From: Wallemia ichthyophaga EXF-994
Lineage: Eukaryota; Fungi; Basidiomycota
Length of the DNA: 248,000 bases
Assembly (NCBI RefSeq): GCF_000400465.1
Contig: NW_008806277.1
Location: 20,001-268,000, forward strand
Direction: 5' to 3'
Positions 242,556 to 248,000 of the stretch are shown in pieces. Each line of letters starts with the position of its first letter. Positions within the stretch are counted from its first letter, which is position 1. Made by a program: the position numbers and the translations under genes. A model generated the notes under the pieces. The model saw only the letters and a program-made list of their open reading frames with translations, was not told where the DNA came from and did not search any database.

Positions 242556-244783
242556 TGGATTCCTCAAGAGAAAGGTGTATACACGCTGCAGCACACAAAT
242601 CTAAGCGTTTGAGAGGAGATGCGGCATAATGTTAATAACGAGTCAGATTAAAACCATATTGATGCCTTTTTCTTGTCGTTATATTGGCTGTAGAAGTACC
242701 AAAACTGATATATTTAAAGCAACAATTACGTCCTTCTACACATCTTATGCTGCTGTCTAGTGTTGTGTTCACGTGCGCCTATAGTGATATCTGGATGTTA
242801 TTTCCATCGCCATACATACTGTCGAAACTGTATAAGTTTGGAAATTGACAATTTTGTTGAAAATTTTTGTATTTAGTGTCTCGATTTTTATAGTCTTACT
242901 TTTGACTTTCAAATAAGCAAGCTCTTTCACGATAAATCGGACAATCTAGTTCTCAACGAAATTACTAACGCGTCTGCGTGGTTGCTCGTTCTGCGCGTTC
243001 TGCGCGTTTCGCTCTCCTCTTTACGACACCATGTACATTTCATGTATACTAGTCCCAGCTCTGAGTTACTCCTAACATAGGCTCAACCTCCCTCAACTGG
243101 ATTGTTTGCCTTCTCGAACAATGTCTTCCCGCTCGTTGAATCAACTGCTCCACTTGCCTTTGTTGTCTTCTCTGTCCTCTTCTATTTCCCTTTATTGTCT
243201 ACTGGCTGAACACAATCCTCAATTGATGTTGTCCCCTGCTTCACCTCGCTGCGCGCGTCCTATATCTCAATGCAACCGCGTCACGCAACGAACACAATCG
243301 AATGGAGATGGCAATCCAATTATCAAGTTGGGAGCCATCCCATATACTTTTTTTCTGCCATGACGTAGCTGAATTTCATAGAAAACGACTGTATTGTGCG
243401 AAGTAAAAAAATCCCAAATGATGTCGGCATAATTATTGGCAAGAATAAACTGAATGACTTCTTTTTTAAGCCATCATTCATTTGCACCTTGTAAGCAAAC
243501 AGTCTTTCGGAGATAATGACAGTTAGGAAATGCACTACAGGGATTTTTCAGGGTGCTTGTATCGTATCTGAGAATGGGTACAATGATATAGTCGCTCAAG
243601 CTCAAGTCTATTGGAGGGAGTAACAAAATTGATAGCCATAGAGCAACGGTAGCATATTTAAAAACAGGGTTTTTGGATTCAGTTGTTCAGCTCTTGCGGG
243701 TGTATTAGGAAATATCAAGGATAGAACCTTCTAATAGAATACACTAAGAGTATGAGTAAAGCTAGGCTCCATACAACGCCAAGCAAAAGCCCAGGACTGT
243801 TCTCAAAGTTAACATTGATCTTAATGTTGTTACTACTTTGAAGGTATGAATTGCGACTTTTACTGAATTTACCGAAAGCAAATCTTAATTCACGAATCGC
243901 ATTATTTTCCCAAAAACTGTGACCATGTCCATGGTTTAAGTCATGACTGCCGAGTTCGGGGACTCAGCTCGAGCGAGTGTGGAGTTAAAATAAATTCAAC
244001 CGTAAGCGGTTGCGTTTGAAAGCATTCATCACGATATATTTCCAGATATTATGATACTTAGTGCCTACGTTTGCTGCCATGTGCTTTTGGGCTCTAGCGG
244101 GACGCTAGCTAGAGGTAACGGGGTATGCGTATATAACTACAGTACTTTAGCTTGTGTGCTGTGCGCTGTTTACATAGCTCGGAGTTAGGGTGGGGTGAGC
244201 TAGGTGAATGTGGAAAGTTCCAAATTAATACGCCAAATAATTCCGCAGGCTGCTATACTCCTCGCAAGCACCCTGATGCCACTGGTTTGAGCTGTTTGTT
244301 GCACAAAGAATTTGCTGGCGATAGCGCTGTTCTTCCTACGAAGGCCGAGTCCACTAAGATGCTCACTGCACTCATCAGACACCTTAGCCAGGTAGGTCAC
244401 TCTGTACTCGATTGGCTGCTTGTACTTGACAACACTATAATGTCAAGGAGTATTCCAGCAAGAAAGTGTCTTGCGGGAAAAAGCAGGAAGTGGTGATCAA
244501 ATATCTTGACTGGGTTCTCTTCATTGTCATTCTCAACGAAGATCACGCTGGTGTTGCTCCCTTCGCTAAGTTTTGTGCCAGCTGTGAGTACTCAAGAGCC
244601 AAGGGTCCGACCATCTTAATTTCTGTGGATGGTTTGGTGTGTATGGGGCGATGGCAGTGTGGTTGGTGCAGTAAGCACGTGTTATCTTGATTGCTGCGCT
244701 GTCGTGTACCTATATGTCTGCGCGTGTCCTGCCGGCGTGTGCTTTACGTATTATAATTTTGCTGACAACTCATTTTATGAATA

Positions 244784-244871
244784 GGCAGGATGGCCGAGTG
244801 GTCTAAGGCGCACGGTTAAGGCGACAGCATCCGTGTTCGAAAGAGCGAGGGTTCGAATCCCTCTCCTGTCA
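244784..244871 (+). tRNA. tRNA-Leu(AAG) with 8-nt intron (CGACAGCA)
   Basis: GGCAGGA/TCCTGTC acceptor, CACGG/CCGTG stem, GAGGG-TTCGAAT-CCCTC T arm. Confidence 0.92.
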
Positions 244872-246008
244872 TATCTTTTGCTATCTGTGATAGCATTGCA
244901 GGACTCAGATATCGTCATTATTTTGCCGAATGCACTCTCACTATTACTTTGTGTCAGCTGCACTGTTCCCTTGCACTTTACCTCCACGCGGAGGTCTATT
245001 CAAATGGTATGGGTGCGCGGAAGACTGCCAACTTGAGCAATCTAGGTACCAGTTGAGGTGATTGGTGGTGCAAGTAGTTCGGGGGCGGGTTTGTCGTGTA
245101 TAGCGCAGTGAAGTGCTATGTTTTAGTCAAGCTGGATGTGGCAAGTTTTAAGGAGTGTTATTTGGTATCTAAACATATGAATACCCACTTTAATGGCTTC
245201 TACGATTCCAAAGCAGACTTAATCTCCTCATACCCTCAATATTTGAAATTTCGAAATGCACCAGGTGAAGCCAAAGTCGTGATTTCAAAGTTGGGCTGAC
245301 CCCCTCTTTTATATACGCAAAACTAATCTTCCGAGTGCGAAATGAGGCATAATAGCAATATTTTTCCCTGGGGCCAACATTAAGTCCTATAGACGCCATC
245401 CAAAGTAAGACGTTTTACGCGTTTATAGACCCGAATAATTCATATTTTTGGGTAATTATAGTCTCTATAAATTAAAAGACTTTGTTTTTTTTTCGATAAA
245501 GCGCGTGAAGTTCTCCACATTTATCCTATAGCGTGCTCTAGACAGATTTCGGATCATTGCTTCCGATCAGCGTGCAGGGCGCAATCTGGAGCGCCAGGAA
245601 TATAAATCTGGCAAATCTATATTCAATCTATCCAAAGCTACCAACCAAGCCTTTTTATTTCGAGATCATCAGAACACAATCACCCATCTGAGATGAGATG
245701 GATGGTAGTCGAGAAATGCAACTCGGTGGATATTGAACGGTTGGTTAACATTGGGATGTATTTGGAATGCTGAAGATACCAGAGAAATCGACGGTCTTGC
245801 TAAATTGTTCAAATCGTCAATATATGATATCGCTGCATTCCTCTCATTCTCTTGTTCGTTTTCAGGATGAACTGAGCAAATGATCCAATCGTTCAAGCCG
245901 CCCAGAGTACAAGATTCAAGCTCAATTCACCTTGCTACCACCAGTTTTTGGAACGCAGCGATCGATATCTATGCATACACATAATAATACAACAGAAAAA
246001 GCAACATT

Positions 246009-248000
246009 CTAAGAAGTGCAAGTAAGTTTGAAAGCATGATCGAACAAGCCGTACGATCTCAAATGAGGAATGGTGTGCCGTTCTACGGCTACCATTTCTT
246101 CATCGCTGAGTGAATTCTGCGATACTAAGCGAACATCCTTAGTGAGGTTAATAATCTGTAGCAACTTCCCACTTCTCTTCTGCCTCACTTCGATGAATCG
246201 CTCGCAAAACAGTATCAGATATTCACCGTCGACTGCAGCACTATTAACTGTTCCGTTCCATCTCAAAACGTTTGCATTCTTCAGTGGGACGCCCTTTTCG
246301 TTCACGTAGAGACCCATCGAATCGAACACTAGCACGTACTCTCCACTCTTGGTGGTGAAAAGTTCAATCGGTTTCAGCTTCCCTCTGTGAGACATCTCGG
246401 TGATATTGGCGAGGTTCGACTGGTACTGTTTGGCCTGCTGGCGGTCTCTGAATATGTTTGAATTGCTTCCATACAGCCTCGGAAGAACGAGGATGCGTCT
246501 ACTGTCTGTAGGATCTAGTACACGCAACGAGCCCTCATCAACAACTGCGACATGCTTGCTACTCGGGAATGGAAAGAGCACCCTAGCTGTTCCGGTAGTC
246601 TGCAAACCAATTGAAGGCATTGTCTCGCGTATCCACACCTCCCGCTTTGGTTTTTTTACCCTGTTCCTATCCTGATAAGCCTGTGTACGTGTGTTGATAG
246701 GCAAAGGCTCATAAAATTGCACCGTAGATTTATGCAGAGTCTTGTTTGAAACGTAAGTAATGAGCACCTTCTTCCCCACAGAGCTGCCGACTCTGTAGTA
246801 CGTCACCCTTTCACTGGAGCTGCACAAGCGTATTCTCCCAAACTTGCGTCTCGGTCCGTGCGAGCTAGTCGGGCATATCTCCTCGAGATCGTAGCCGTAC
246901 AGCTGCTCATCAACATGCAGAATGAGGAGACTGTATTGCGAAAGCACAGTGACGCCCTCGACGCCGTTCAAACCAATCACCTTCCTGTAGCTGTCCTTGT
247001 CATCTTCAAATCCCATGTACACGCCTTCGGGTGTGGCGAGCGTGACGTACTTCCTCGCTCCCCATTGAAAAATGCTCGCCGAGTTGATGCGGTGCGGACT
247101 TGCCTTGTTGTATTTGTCAGTATTTGCTAGGACCGACTGCTGGAAGATGTTGTCTGTGAGTGTGTGCGAGACCAATAGCTTGTTTGTTTCAACAAAGGCA
247201 CGCCGTATCACAATAGCCTCGCTGATCTGGGAGCCATGTGAGTAAGAACTGTCAGAGATATCACCTATCTCACCCTCGATTTCCACGTTTGTCTCTCTTC
247301 TGGCGTGGAGGCATATAACTTGTACTCCTTCCCATTGCCAATATTCTTCAGTATGAACCCATGTACCTCTCTCTCTGGTTCAGTGTGAGTGAAGAGAATT
247401 CTAGATCCTGGATAAAGTCAGTTAAATCTATCTCTACACGCACTACCACACACCATCGGATCTCCTCTCATCTGCAAGCAAGCAATTTGTGCGGTGTGTG
247501 GGTGATGGATTCTCATTGTCGATGTGGCATACCTCGAGCGGAATCGGCCTCGATGTGAGAGAATATCTGATAGGATCCGTCTTCTTCTTCTGGCCAGGTT
247601 CAGTGATGAGAATGTAGTTATCCAAAATAAACACCTTCTTAGCACGCCATCCATGTAAGTCAGTGGCTGCTCTCTCGCGTTTAAAGAGTAATCCTTCATA
247701 CAAGAGCGTGCGCAGATCGTTTAGCAAGTCAATATCATGCAACTCGCCGAGTTTAAAGTCTAGCGCAGATGCCATCTCCCAAAACTTAACTTTATTATTT
247801 GACTGCTCAATACCAGGCTGTGTAGATTTGGCAATATCTGAAATAGCTCGCGCTGCAATGGGTAGATTCTCCCTATCGCTGTGATCTTCAGGTGTATAGT
247901 CGAGCATTCTATTGAGCAGAAGTGGGTATCGAGGTAGTCTAAAAACAGGTCTTTGTAACAGAGCGATTATATTCTGTCTTTGGGCTTTTGGATGTCTCGA
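246009..248000 (-). CDS. Rho-GEF-type DH/PH-CNH protein, C-terminal part
   Basis: RLPRYPLLL (DH), LYEGLL (PH), CNH-like tail; runs off window. Confidence 0.75.

Overview
Eukaryotic nuclear DNA from a very compact basidiomycete. Gene density, ~50-nt introns and an acidic hydrophobin suggest Wallemia, probably W. ichthyophaga; this is inference only, as no search was run. About 140 mostly housekeeping genes are packed with tiny intergenic gaps. Ends of multi-exon genes were read by eye and are approximate. Four structures stand out. (1) A circularly permuted tRNA-Arg(ACG) gene at 9693-9768 (identical copy at 14329-14404): the 3' half precedes the 5' half, joined by a 4-nt CCAC linker, with upstream TATA and A-box-like elements and a downstream T7 run. 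The halves reassemble into a 72-nt cloverleaf with all four stems fully paired. I know permuted tRNAs only from algae, nucleomorphs and an archaeon, not from fungi. (2) An 8.5-kb gene-free AT-rich block (195.6-204.1 kb) containing a ~1.6-kb near-perfect inverted repeat around a ~1.1-kb core, a candidate centromere. (3) An apparently exact 4636-bp tandem duplication (9543-18814). (4) An H/ACA snoRNA inside the long RPL28 intron, enclosed by a 19-bp external stem. Also present are an older Kre9-like/RPL28-tail duplication, several candidate pseudoenzymes and decayed genes, and a conventional intron-containing tRNA-Leu(AAG). No CRISPR array, rRNA or recognisable transposon ORF was seen.
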